Positions 13,097 through 25,724 of a DNA stretch of 64,000 nucleotides are shown here, one piece after another (the stretch's first letter is position 1; each line of letters opens with the position of its first letter). The translations under genes were made by a program, and so were the position numbers. Under the pieces are notes generated by a model. That model saw only the letters and a program-made list of their open reading frames with translations, ran no database searches and was not told where the DNA came from. Source of the DNA: Basidiobolus meristosporus CBS 931.73. Lineage: Eukaryota > Fungi > Basidiobolomycota. Where the stretch lies: positions 39,986 to 103,985 of the forward strand of contig MCFE01000279.1 of NCBI GenBank assembly GCA_002104905.1, read 5' to 3'.

Positions 13097-13479
13097 GTAT
13101 ATAGCTGGGTTTGGCTATAAAGGCAACCAAGTTAGTTTGCTATGCAGGCTAGGCTTGGTGTTCTTGGGAGTGCTAGATATACTAGGCTTGGGTAGAAACT
13201 AGAACATAATTGTTGAATACTTGATTTTGCTGAGGCACAATCTTAATTTTGTTGAGACACACACTAAATCAAAAGGTTCAGTAAGCTTTATTTATACTTT
13301 TCTGATCAAGTTAGACTAGTGAGATTCAAGAGATTGGTTTAATTGAAATCAGTTTGAGTGTTCAAAGGTGCATAAGATATATGAGAAATGCATCATAAAT
13401 CATCTTATGTCTTAGCAACTGCTTAGTGGTTGGGTAGATCCCAGATGACTAATCACTTGGATAGGCTTAACAGATCAAT

Positions 13480-15719
13480 TGAGGACATAATGGCCACATC
13501 AAGATTGACCATGGGTACCAGTCAAAGTAGATTCTGAGAAGTGATTGAATAAACTAAAACTGGCATTAGGTATGTTTGGGTCAGGGGAAATCAGTTAGGG
13601 TACTAGATTCTCTGACAGAGTAGAGTTACCTAAGTTTGAAATGTTGGTACACAACACTACTCCTAGATTGGACAACTTGAACTTCTTAGAAGGGCTGAAT
13701 TTGATCCCTTCTAAGGTTTCTTGGTTTTTGGTAACTATAATAAGATCCTCTGCATACAGAGCTAATAGAGTTGGACATGCTCAATCTGGCTTAAAGTAGA
13801 TACTATAGTCAGCAGAACCCCTGTGAATACTGAAAGATTCCAAATACAAATCTATTTACAATTTCAGGCTCTTAGTGATTGATGGAAACCACATGCAGAT
13901 TTTTTAAGCCTTCATACTTTTTAAGCTTGCAGACCAAATGGGGGTTATCTTGGGCAATAGGCCCATCAGGCTTGCTCATGTACATCTCCTCATCTAGTTC
14001 CCCATTCAAGAATACACCTATACATCCATTTGATTTACAACAAGCTTAGCAATAGCCAATATTAATCTGGTGGAGTTAAACTTGGCTACTAGTGCAAAGG
14101 TCTCATTGTTATCAAGTCCTTTTTTTTTGAGAGTATTGTTGGGCCACAAGACTTGCTTAGCATTTCTCAGCTGTACCCTCTGCCTTGTATTTGACTTAAA
14201 GTCCAATCTGCACCCAATCAATTTCTTGGTTGATTGGTAATTTGACTATGTCCCAAGTTTGATTTTCCATCAAGGCATGCTTCTCCTCAATCATTGCAGA
14301 TCTCCAATACTTTATCTGAGAGCTATTTTGGGCCTCTTTGACAGTCTGGGGCTTGTCAGTATGGACCAAATGGGCAAATGCTAGGTTTGAACCCTCATTG
14401 ATATTGTAATCTGTGCCATTCTGGTCTGGTTGGATCTCCTGGTTAGTGATACTAGAGTGATCACTTTTGGGTTATTCCTGGGCACTGATTCAGGCAGAAT
14501 TACAGTTGAAGAGTTCTCTGGAGGGAAAAAACTACAGTGTTCTGCTCTTATTCAATTTTGACCATTGGTGGACTTGAGATCACATTTTCATCATCAACCC
14601 ATGTCAGTTTTTTTTGCAAAGCTTGAACTGTCATCAAACAGCACATTCTTGACCTTGATCAGCTGCTTTGCTCTGGTATTGCAGAATTTGTGTGCCTTAC
14701 TCACATTATAGTAGCCAAAAATATGCATTTTACACATTTTGGCTCAAATTTTGACTACATTCTGGGCAGTTCTGGCCATGTGCAGTGCACCTAGATACCC
14801 TTAGATGTTCTACACTTTGTTCATCCATACCATGCCTTAAATGGAATAGAATCATGAAGAGTTCTGCTATTACTCCTATTCTTAAGGAATACAGCTGTGG
14901 CAACTGATTTTGCCTAAAATTTGTAGAATATCTTTTGATCATGGATCATAGATCTTGCCATATCAATTATTAATCCATCTGCATGATCTGCCATTGCATT
15001 TTGCTGTGGGGACTATGTCACAGTAGTCTCTTACTTTATCCCACAAATCTTGCAGAAGCAGATGAAGAGTTTTGAGGTATATCCTTCTCCATTGCCAGAG
15101 TTTATTTTCTTAATTTTTTCACTAGTTTCTCTCTCCAACATGGCCTCAAGCTCCCTGAGCTTAGACAGAGCTTCTTCAGTTCTTTCCTTGAAGTAAACCA
15201 ATGTGTATCTTGTATAGTCATTAATAAAAGTGATCAATTTCTTCATCCCGCCAAATGATAAATTTTGCACATGTCCACACAGATCTGAGCTCACTAGATC
15301 TAAATTTGTCTTTGTTTGATTAACCAAGAGCTCTCAAATGATTTTATGGCTTTTTTCCATATATACAGGCTTCACAGTGCTCCAAATTAGCTGGGAGACC
15401 AGCTTTACTCCGGAAATTAGCTGATCTTTCATTATTTTGCACCAATAATCAAAATTGGTGCGTCAAAATACCTGTGCCAAAGCACTTGTGTTTTTTTGTG
15501 TAAGTTACTTTCATTAGCTTCTAAATATGATGGAATTTAAGTCAGCTTATATAGATTTTGATCTCTGATACCTGAAGCAATATGAGCACTATTTAGATCA
15601 GTGACCCTGTACCCAGAATTGACCAAGTGGGCACAGAGTCCTTCTGCTATGGCTTTACTTATAGACAGTAGGTTTGTGGCTATATCTGGTACTTAGAGTA
15701 CTTCTTTGAAGGTAAGTAT
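13480..15719 (-). mobile_element. Outer Ty1/copia element, degenerate pol (GAG-pre-integrase, integrase, RT)
   Basis: Minus-strand ORFs LDLVSSDLCGHVQNLS (integrase) and ETFALVAKFNSTRLILAIA...QMDV (RT); nucleotide reverse-complement match to ~17093-19200. Confidence 0.85.
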
Positions 15720-16069
15720 TGTTGTAAAAATTTGTAATTCCACCTGAATACTTGCCAAACTTAGTCACTTAGATCATTACCTTCAAATCATAGGGAATAC
15801 TGACCAAATCACTTGTTGGGATTTACTTAGAATAGTCTCACCAAGATATCAGATACCCAGAACATGAAAATTCTCAAAGCTGTCCAAACAGCCCCAAACT
15901 TTGCACACATGTTCTTGGGACCTTCCTTAACCTATTCTACATGTTTGTAATGCTAAGACCAGGTAAAAGTATAAATACTACTTTTACATTCAATAAATCA
16001 TTAAGTGAAAACCACATAATCTACTTGTTCTCCCAATTCACTTCCAATATCTCCAATACTCTTACAACA
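15720..16069 (+). repeat. 5' LTR of the inner copia
   Basis: TGTTGTAAAAATT...CTTACAACA followed by a PBS-like motif. Confidence 0.92.
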
Positions 16070-19000
16070 GGCTATGAGCCTCAAGCTGTCACTCTCTGCA
16101 ATGTCTACTACTGTTATTACTGGAATTTTTCCCACTGCTGAAAAGTTGGACAGATCTAACTACCAAGTGTGAAAGGTGAAGATGAAGATGCCACTGCAAG
16201 AAAGAGGCCTTTGCAATATTGTCATGGGAGTAGAATGTCCTCCTCAAAATGTGGGAGAGTAAGCCATAAAGTACCAGAAGAAAGAACAAAGTGCCTTCAT
16301 CTGCATTTGCCTTAATGTTGAAGATAAATTGCTAACTCAATGCGCAAGAGAATAAATTGCAAAGAGTCCCAGGAAGGCATTAGAAGACACCCACCAGTCA
16401 TGTTCAGCTGCTAAGAGAATGCATCCTAGACAAAAAATCTTCACTACAAAGATGCTGCCAGGAGAAGAAATGAAAAATCTAATTCCAGAATTACCCTGCT
16501 GGTGGATGAGATGGAGTCTGTGAGCATACCAACTACTGAAGGGGATGTAATAGTAACCATCCTGAATAGCCTGACAGACAGGTTTCAGGGCCTTGTATCA
16601 GCCCTAGAGTCCAGAGCTGAAGATTAGACCTTAAATAATATATATGGAAGGCTCCTGGGTGAAGAATCAAGAAAATCAAGCACCAATCAGAACAAAGAGA
16701 AAATGCTTTAATAAGCAACAATAATTAATAAAGGAGGTACCCAAGACCTTACAAATCAACAGCAATCCACTTTGCAACTACTTTAAAAGGAAAGGGCACA
16801 CATCAGACCAGTGTTTCAAAAAGAGAGATAATCAGCAAAAAAGCCTGAGTATGGAAATGCTGCAACAACTGAAGATAGACTATTTATATCTGCACTAAAT
16901 ATGACCACAAACTAGGATTCTCAGATGTGGTACATTGACTCAGGAGCATCTCAACACTTTACACACCAAAAAGTACTTTTTACCCAATACCAAGAAATAC
17001 TATTAAGAAGGTTTCATGGGTGATGATAGAACACTTTGATACAGTGGGAGAAGGAACTATCCAAGTAAGCCTTAGAAGCAGTGAAGGAAGCCATACACTG
17101 ACCTTTAAAGTAGTACTCTATATACCAGAGATAGCCAAGAACCTACTATCTATAAGTAAGGACACAGCAGAAGGACTCAGTCTCAGCTTTAACAAATCTG
17201 GATGCAGGATCACTGATCAAAATGGTGCCCATATTGCTTCAGGTATCAGAGATCAGAATCTTTACAAGTAGACTTATATCACATCATATCTGGAAGCCAA
17301 TATAAGAAATTGAATGAAGAAACACCAATGCTTTGGCACAGGAGATTTGGGCACATCAATTTTGATTATTTGTGCAAAATGATCAAAGATCAGCTAATTT
17401 CTGGAGTAAAAATTGCTCCCCCAGCTTATTTGGAGCACTGTAAAGCCTACATATATGGGAAACAGACCATACCACCACTCAAGAGCTCTGGGTTAATCAA
17501 TACTAAGAAAAAATTAGATCTAATTCACTCAGATCTGTGTGGACCTATGCAAAGTTTATCCTTAGCCAAGATGAAGTACTTAATCACTTTTATTGATGAT
17601 TATACAAGATACATGTGGATCTACTTCATGGAGAGAAAGGAAGAAGCTCTGTATAAGCTCAGGGAGCTGAAAGCCATGGTGGATAGAGAAACTGGTGAAA
17701 AAATCAAGAAAATATGCTCTAAAAATGGTGGAGAGTATACCTCAAAACTCTTCATCCACTTCTGCATATTCATAAGATAAAGCAAGAGACTGCTGTACCA
17801 TACTCCCCACAGCAAAATGGAGTAGCAGAATGTGAAACAGATCAATAATTGATACGGCCTGATCTGTGATCCTTGATCAAGAATTATCCTATGATTTTTG
17901 GGTGAAATCAGTTGCAACAGCTGTACACCTTAAAAATAGGAGTTATAACAGATTACTTGTGTATACAGCATATGCCAAGAAACTGCCTGGAAATCAGTTA
18001 AATTTTGAACCTATAAGCGTAAATTCCATATATTTGGGCTATTGCAGTGAGAGTAAAGCATACAGACTCTACAATACCAAAGCAAAGAAGCTAATTAAGT
18101 CCTATGATGTGCTGTTTGATGAAAACTCAAAATTCTTACAAAAAACAACATCAGATGATGATGAAAATCTGATATCAAGTCCACCAGTTGTCAGAATTGA
18201 ATTAGAGCAAAACAATGAAAGTTTTTTCACTCCAGAGGACTCTACAACCATGGTTCAGCCTGAATCAGTGCCTAGGAGTATCCTAGAAGTGAATATTCCA
18301 GTATCAGATTCCTGGAGAACCAACTGGACAAGAAATAGCCCAAATTACTATATCAATGAAGGTACAAGCTTAGCCTATGCCTATTCAGTCCATATTGATG
18401 AGCCCCAGACTGTAAAAGAGGCCCTAAATAGCCCTCAGACAAAGTTTTGGAGATCTGAAATGACTGAGGAATATCAGGCCCTGATGGAAAATCAAACTTG
18501 GGACTTGATCAAATTACCAATCAGCCAGAAGTCAATTGGATGCTGATGGTTCTTCAAAACAAAATATAAGGCTGATGATACAATTGAAAGATAAAAGGTA
18601 ACTCTTGTGGCCAAAGAGTACTCTTGAACAAAAGGACTTGACTATACTGAGACCTTTGCACTGGTAGCCAAGTTTGATTACATCAGATTGATATTGGCTA
18701 TTGCAGCCAAATACAAGCTTTTTATACATCAAATGGATGTAGAAACTGCTTTTTTGAATGGAGAACTGGATGAGGATGTGTATGGACCAACCTGATGGGT
18801 TTGGTGACCAAGATAACCCTGATTTGGTCTGCAAGCTTAAAAAATATATACATGGTCTTAAACAATCACCAAGAGCCTGGAATTACACAATGGATTCATA
18901 CTTGGATTTTTTAAGTTTCAAAAGGAGTAATGCTGACTATGATATATACAATAAGCCAGGTAGAGCAAATCCAGCTCTCTTAGCTCTATATGTGGATGAC

Positions 19001-19976
19001 CCTATTATGGCCACCAATAATCTAGCAACATTGGAAGATACTAAATCCAGCCTATCCAACAAGTTCAAGATGTCCAATCTAGGAGAACTCAGTTACTACT
19101 TAGGAATAAAGCTCTCCATAGACAGAAGTACCCAGACTATTACCCTAAGCCAATCCAAGTATATTCCAGATATACTAAAGAAGTACCAAATGGAAGACTG
19201 TAAACCAGCAGCTACCCCAGTGGTGACAAACCTTAACTTGGTCAAAACTCAACCAAATCAAGAGAGCTTAGTGCCATCTGAAAGCCCTGCCATTCCTTAT
19301 CAATCTATGGTTGGTAGTCTAATGTATATCATGCTTGGAACATGTCCAGATATCTCATATTTGGTGGGAGTTGTCAGCCAACATAATCAGAACTATGGAT
19401 CTGATCATATTGCAGCAGTTGAGCAAATTTTTAGATAGATAAGGAACTGCTGATATCTGCTTAAGATACATTTATAAGGATTCAGAACAGGATCTTTTGG
19501 GATACTCTGATGCTAATTGGGGACAAAGTTTGGAAGACAGATGATCCACCACAGGATACACCTTTCTTTACTGTAAAGGAGCAATATAATGGAATTCAAG
19601 AAAGCAACCAACCGTAGCACTTTCCACCATGGAGGCAGAGTATATGGCAGCCTGTGAAGCTAGAAAAGAAGCAATATGCTTAAGAGAGCTTTTTACAGAT
19701 TTAGGCCTATGTCAAAAAACACCTATTAATTTATTTCAAGATAATCAAGGATGTATATGATTAGGTAGAAATCCAACTTTTAATACTAGAACTAAGCACA
19801 AAAGTATTAGACATCATTTCATACGTGAAGCTATGAAGAATAAATAGGTAGCTTAGTTTACTGCCCTTCAGATGAAACAATTGCCGACATATTTATCAAA
19901 TCATTGGCTAGAGACTAGCTTGAGTATCTTAAGTCAAAATTAGGACTGTAAGTATGAGCATTTAGCTGAGTGGGAG

Positions 19977-20325
19977 TGTTGTAAAAATTAGTAATTCCAC
20001 CTAAATATTCACCTAACTTAGTCAATTATATCATTACCCTCAAATCCTAGAGAATACTGACCAAATTCCTTGTTGGGATTTACTTAGAATTTTTTCACCA
20101 AAATACCAGGTACCCAGAACATGAAATTTCTTAAAGTTATCCAAACAGTCCTAAACTTTGCACACATGTTCTTGGGACCTTCTTTAGCCTATTATATGTG
20201 CTTGTAATGGCAAGACCAGGTAAAAGTTTAAATACTACTTTTACATTCAATTAATCATTAAGTGAAAACCACATAATCTACTTGTTCTCCCAATCACTTC
20301 CAATATCTCCAAGACTCTTAAAAAA
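19977..20325 (+). repeat. 3' LTR of the inner copia
   Basis: TGTTGTAAAAATT start after the PPT; direct repeat of 15720-16069 with many substitutions. Confidence 0.92.
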
Positions 20326-20762
20326 GTTAGATCCATCCAACTTTTCAGCAGAGGAAAAGATACTAGTAACAGCACTAGTAGGCATAGCAGAGAGTGACAG
20401 CTTGGGGCTTATAACCTCTTGTGAGAGTCTTGGATATTTGAAAGTGATTGGGAGAACAAGTAGATTATGTGGTTTTCACTTAATGATTAATTGAATGTAA
20501 AAGTAGTATTTATACTTTTACGTGATCTTGGCACTGCAAGCTCATAGAATATGACTAGAGGAGCCCCTAGAACCTCTGTGCAAAAGCTAGGGCTGTTTGG
20601 ACAGCTTCATGATATTTTATGCCCTGGGTACCTGGTATTTTGGTGAAAAAATTCTAAGTAAATCCCAACAAGGAATTTGGTCAGTATTCTCTCAGATTGT
20701 GGATAATCATCCAAGGAACTAAGTTAAATGAATGTTTGGATGTAATTACAAAATTTACAACA
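20326..20762 (-). mobile_element. 5' end of the outer copia: LTR (20417-20762), PBS and gag start
   Basis: The minus strand reads TGTTGTAAATTTTGTAATT...CTCACAAGA, GGTTATAAGCCCC, then a leader and EKLDGSN matching 16081-16160. Confidence 0.88.
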
Positions 20763-21599
20763 AAGAGAAGGTAGTCTATTTACAGACCAGAGGCAGCTTT
20801 GAAAAAGGTAAGGTAGACAACTAGGGATGGCAATCTCAGGATTTTAAGGAGTACTGGAGGTGACTTGGAGAACTTACATGATATCAATATAGCATAGTGA
20901 GTTCACAAAGGGTATGCACAGTGATATTAGTTTTATATAGCTTCCCTTGGATAGATGTTCCAAATGTCAACAAAAAATTTGGGCAGGAAATGAAAAAGTC
21001 CATATACTATGCTATAATTGGCTAATTTAATGTGAATACCCTGGTGTAAATACAAATTTTACAGCACAAATAACATGAAGAAAATTTCTATTGAGACTTT
21101 TGATGAGGGAAATATCCTAGAAAGCAACGTACAAGATTGAAGGGCATCCAAGAGCTTTATGGTCCCAAATAATGCTCATTTGTAAGGCGATGCTCCAGAC
21201 AGGGCTGACTACACTGCCGCATGAGATATGTAGATATATATGTTATACTTTTTGCTTATCAGAATGGATTCAGCTGCCATGCCGACAGCCTTGGAGCAGT
21301 ACGAAAACCTCCACGCCCCCCCGCACACATTTTGAAATGGTGGACCTGGCTCACGTGTATATGCAGCCAGCATCTTGAGTTTCTAGTCGAGTATATGCGT
21401 AGTGTAAAGCAAGTATTATGCTCATCGCTCGTGGTACATATCGACCGCACGGCACATGAATCAAGGCGAAGCTAACACTTCTGACACCCTACTGTGCGTA
21501 ATTCCACCACCTGTGATCCAGATCTTGACGGTATAAAATTCGCGAGTGTATATGTGTCGTTGTTCACAAGTGGTAATTCTGGGACTGGTACTATTGTCC

Positions 21600-24131
21600 A
21601 TGTGGTCGTCACCTAATAAACTCTACTCTCTCATTTTGATTTTCGGCCTTGGTGAGTGCACCTTGCCTATCTGGTATTCGGCCCGCAATCACTTCACACA
21701 TCAACACTATGCCATTCGTATCAACAATGCTATCAGCCCACCAGAAGTGTCTGCGTTGTTAGGGTTACGGCACGTAGGCGTGATCAATGGTCTTCCCGAC
21801 TACCACCTGTTTGCCGCGGCCAAAGAAGATTTCATGGTACACGATCGGATCGAAGGATTTCTCGACAGCCCGACCCCATTCTCTTCATTGCACAAGCGAG
21901 GAATACCTTCATTGGAGCACATAGACCATATTCATAAGGAGGAATTGCGCCAGAGAGTTAAGCGAGAGCCTACACCATCTCACCAGATGCGGCCCAACAT
22001 CTCCACCCGTCAAGCCAGCATCCTCAATTTGGTGGACCCCGGATTTCGTAGACAGTGGCATCTGGTAGGCTATACGCATCCATTCGAGGAGGAACCTATT
22101 GTCGCTAACTATTCAACCATCGAACTTCTTCCAGAATAATCAAGAAGACGTAGGCAACGACCTGAATGTGCTGAAGGTATGGGAAAGCGGTAAGTTGGAA
22201 ACCACGTGGTTTGCCTGGAGAATTGTTCCTGACGGGGTCTTAGGAATTGTCGGTAAGGATGTGGTTGTGGCCCTGTTGGATGATGGACTGGACATGGACA
22301 GCGAGGATTTGACGCATAACTATGTATGTAACTTTGAGCAGTGTTTGATAGAGCCTCATTATTGACTTTCGCGGGAAGTTTTCCGAGGGATCGTATGATT
22401 TTAATGACCATAGTTTAGTGCCGAATCCAAAGCAGCCTGATGACTACCACGGAACCAGATGTGCAGGGGAGATTGCTGCGGCAAACAATAGTGTTTGTGG
22501 GGTGGGAGTAGCATTTGGGTCCAAAGTATCTGGTAACAAGCTTCGATGCACTCATGCTTGACATCCCCTTGCGCTAAACTCATTCTACCGCTTACAGGGA
22601 TACGGATACTTTCCGGGGCCATTAGCGATGTGGATGAGGCACTAGCCTTGGTTCATGAAAATCAAAAGAACCACATCTATTCATGTAGCTGGGGGCCACC
22701 GGACGACGGCAGATCCATGGAAGGCCCAAGTCAGGTTATTCTGGATGCTATGATATCTGGGATTACCAAGGGAAGAGGCGGGAAAGGTAGCATCTTTGTG
22801 TTCGCTACCGGTAACGGCGGAGAGTTCGAGGACAATTGCAACTTCGATGGGTACGCCAACAGCATCTACACAATATCTATCGGAGCAATTGACCGGTTCG
22901 ACCAACGACCCGCCTATTCAGAGAAATGCTCTGCACAATTAGCAGTCACCTACAGCAGCAATACCAACGGCGATGGAATTGTAATCTTTCCCTTGAGCAA
23001 TCTTGCAGACAAACGCTAACCATCTCTCCAACTAGTATACCACGGATGTGGGCAAGGATGCGTGTACCAATGCTCACGGTGGAACTTCTGCCGCCGCACC
23101 TTTGGCTGCGGGGGTGTTTGCACTGGTACTATCTATCCGGCCAGACCTTCACTGGAGAGACATTCAGCATCTAGCCGTGCGTACCGCACAGCCTTTCGCC
23201 CTAGATGATCCAGATTGGCAGCCAACCACAGCGGGACACCAGTTCAATCATAAATTTGGCTATGGCAAACTGGATGCTTTTCGAATGGTAGAAGCAGCAA
23301 AGGAATACCACTCAGTTGGTCCTCAGGTGCAATACAACTCTGGCGTGATGGAGGTTAACCAACAGATACCCTCCTCCAGTGCCGGGTTAAAGCATGCATT
23401 CATTGTATCTCCCAAGATAGCACAAACCCATTTCCTGAATCTCCTGGAGCATGTGACCGTTACGATCAATATGGTGCATCAACGGCGCGGCGATGTTGAA
23501 GTTTATCTAATCTCCCCAAACAACGTGACGTCCGTGTTGTCCCCAGGCCGAGAATATGACGACAGCGAAGAAGGATTTAGAGGCTGGACATTCATGACTG
23601 TAAAGCACTGGTAAGTGTGCAAAGAGAGTAACCACATTACCGACACTAACCGGTATCAGGGATGAGCCAGTTGTAGGGGAGTGGTCGCTGCTGGTCATGG
23701 ATCAAAAGAATCCTGAGAAGGTCGGAACACTGCAGTCCTGGAGTTTGACATTTTTCGGGGCAAAATCTGAGCCAGTAACGCCTAGCCCCGGAGAGAAACC
23801 CACGAATAATGCATCAAGCACAATCTCTAGCACCATAACCTCCCCTACAAGCCTTAGGTATCCACTAATTGCAATATTTGGGCTTGTAGTGCTTGTCGTA
23901 GCTACAACTTGTCGACTGAACAGAGCTAATCCTGAATCTGCGAAAGCATATCTAAAATTACAGGACAATGATCGAGGAACAGAGACTGGCCCTGCCGCGG
24001 ACCAACTTTTAGACGCGTTGGAAGCAGAGTCGTATCATGCCGACTCCGATGAATCCGAGATTACTGAAATCACCGACATGCCCAATATATCGGCATGGCT
24101 GCCTAAAAACATGCCATTTTCAAGACAATAG
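21600..24131 (+). CDS. KEX2: Kexin (Kex2-like subtilisin proprotein convertase), multi-exon
   Basis: Signal peptide; pro-domain ending RQRVKR; [10 protein letters not shown]; catalytic D (LDDG), H ([11 protein letters not shown]), oxyanion N (ATGNGG) and S (HGGTSAAAP); P domain (LEHVTV, RRGDV, MTVKHW); C-terminal TM. GT-AG introns, first at 22065. Confidence 0.96.
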
Positions 24132-24417
24132 AGCCATTCGCCTATCTAGCAGTGGTCTTGTTGTTAGTCTTATACCCACCAATACTGCTAGATATTTCGA
24201 TTTCAATAAAAATGTAGAAAGCTAACGTGTTTGACCAATGCAAGTTCCAGGATAGACTTGGGAATTACAGCGGAGAAGCACCATGCAATCCGAAAGAAAG
24301 ATGGATCCATCCATCGATGGCGGCAAGAATAGAAACGCGGTGTTTCATTCGAGGGCGAAATGATCCTTTATTTCATAAAGATTCAATACAGTTAACAAAA
24401 AGGCTGAGCGGGGTAGC

Positions 24418-24795
24418 TTATTCCTCATCGGATTCCTCCTCCTCTTCCTCTTGGTTAGCAATGTTGAAGTATCTGAGTTCGTAAGTGGTTTTGTTGGTGG
24501 CAATAACACGAAGCCAGTCACGGAGGTTGTGCTTCTTCAAGAACTTCTTGGTAAGGTACTTGAGGTAACGCTTGGAGAAAGCTTGGGTGGAGACAACGGT
24601 GATCTTGGCATCATCACCACGCTTGATGGAAACGATATCTCCGAGGTTGTTGGTGCGACCTTGGACCTTGATGCGATCGTGAAGGAACTTCTCGAAGGCA
24701 GCAGCATCGAAAATCTTATCGTTAGCGGGACCGCTGCAGTCCAAGGTGAACTTGTAAGTGACCTTCTTGGCTTTGGTTTGTCTGGCGGCAGGCAT
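24418..24795 (-). CDS. RPL22: 60S ribosomal protein eL22
   Basis: [30 protein letters not shown]...[27 protein letters not shown]...YELRYFNI with acidic tail. A possible upstream intron acceptor lies just before the ATG. Confidence 0.96.
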   Translation of the reverse strand: MPAARQTKAKKVTYKFTLDCSGPANDKIFDAAAFEKFLHDRIKVQGRTNNLGDIVSIKRGDDAKITVVSTQAFSKRYLKYLTKKFLKKHNLRDWLRVIATNKTTYELRYFNIANQEEEEEESDEE

Positions 24796-25214
24796 AGCTA
24801 ACTTTAGTCAATCACCAACGGGTTAAAAGAGAGGGAATAAACAAGCCGCTGATCATTACAATTTATTCACTTCAGAATGGTTCCTATCGTCTCATTGGCC
24901 ACTCACATTCTGATCGTTTTTCGCCATCATAATCACGTGGATTATTTCTCATCTCATTTGATTGTCGATATTATTAACCTCATTCAGATATTTTTGATTT
25001 ACAACACTTGGATTAAATATAGATTACTTCTTTAGTACGTCCTTACATATACGTATATACGTCTTCGACAGGTAGATTCTTGGAAAACCTCATGTGGTTG
25101 TTAGGTATTCGAAGGGAATATATCTCACGAATATAGTGATGTTGGCGATACTTCGGCATACTTTCTGATTTGGTACCCACTAGAAGCATGGCTGTAGCGC
25201 AGATATATTGAAGT

Positions 25215-25724
25215 TTAGTTCACTGAGCATTGAAGCTCCTGCTCTAAACTGATAAGCGGACAAAGGTCTCGTTTATGAAATTTGGGGGTCAGATTCTTCA
25301 AAAGGTCACCCTGGACAGCCATGGTGTCCTGAAGGGTGGGAGGAGAGAAAGCTGGTAAGACCCGCTTGGTGCGCTTCTTCAGTACCTGTTTCTCAGGCTG
25401 GCCTTGAATCTGGCTGAATATCTCCAGTTCACGCTTTCTCAAATTTCCAATACTATGATCCACCACCAACTGGGCAAAGCGTTGCTCGACTGAACCTTGA
25501 GAATGCTCGTATTCCTTTGGTGTGGAGAAAAGATGATAGCCCTCTATATCCCCCACAGTCCCCACATAATCTATCTTCAACAAAGATGCTATGTCGTTGG
25601 GTGAAGCAGAATGCGGCTTTAACTTCAGAGTATAATAATTGTGTGTCTCATATCGCTCTAATAAACAAGCATATGAAGAGATGAGAAGAACAAGCACCAG
25701 ATACAATTGACCGGCAAAATACAT
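25215..25724 (-). CDS. Secreted stand-alone kexin-type pro-domain protein (169 aa from MYFAG), no catalytic domain
   Basis: Hydrophobic signal (LYLVLVLLISSYAC), then THNYYTLKL..SPNDIASLL..YVG..GYHLF..LRKR..KQVLKKRTKR, which aligns motif by motif with the pro-domain of the neighbouring KEX2. Stop at 25215. Confidence 0.75.
   Translation of the reverse strand: MYFAGQLYLVLVLLISSYACLLERYETHNYYTLKLKPHSASPNDIASLLKIDYVGTVGDIEGYHLFSTPKEYEHSQGSVEQRFAQLVVDHSIGNLRKRELEIFSQIQGQPEKQVLKKRTKRVLPAFSPPTLQDTMAVQGDLLKNLTPKFHKRDLCPLISLEQELQCSVN

Larger units (their letters stand above)
15720..20325 (+). mobile_element. Full-length degenerate Ty1/copia LTR retrotransposon
   Basis: Paired ~350-bp LTRs; PBS-like GGCTATGAGCC at 16070; gag start EKLDRSNY; zinc-knuckle remnant ~16775; protease WYIDSGASQH; LWHRRFGH; LIHSDLCGP; RT ALYVDD; RNase H GYSDANWG; PPT CTGAGTGGGAG before 19977. 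Multiple stops and frameshifts. Confidence 0.95.

Noticed and set aside
13211-13472. Possible minus-strand LTR of another family
   Set aside because: TG..CA termini and a TATA-like motif only; no partner, PBS or TSD, so too weak to call.
1-21170. Classical ascomycete RIP
   Set aside because: CpA/TpG are abundant rather than depleted; the loss is at CpG.
21546-21599. Upstream start of the KEX2 ORF in the track
   Set aside because: It is a non-ATG start; ATG 21600 gives a normal signal peptide.
24451-24801. 116-aa plus-strand ORF
   Set aside because: Antisense shadow of RPL22.
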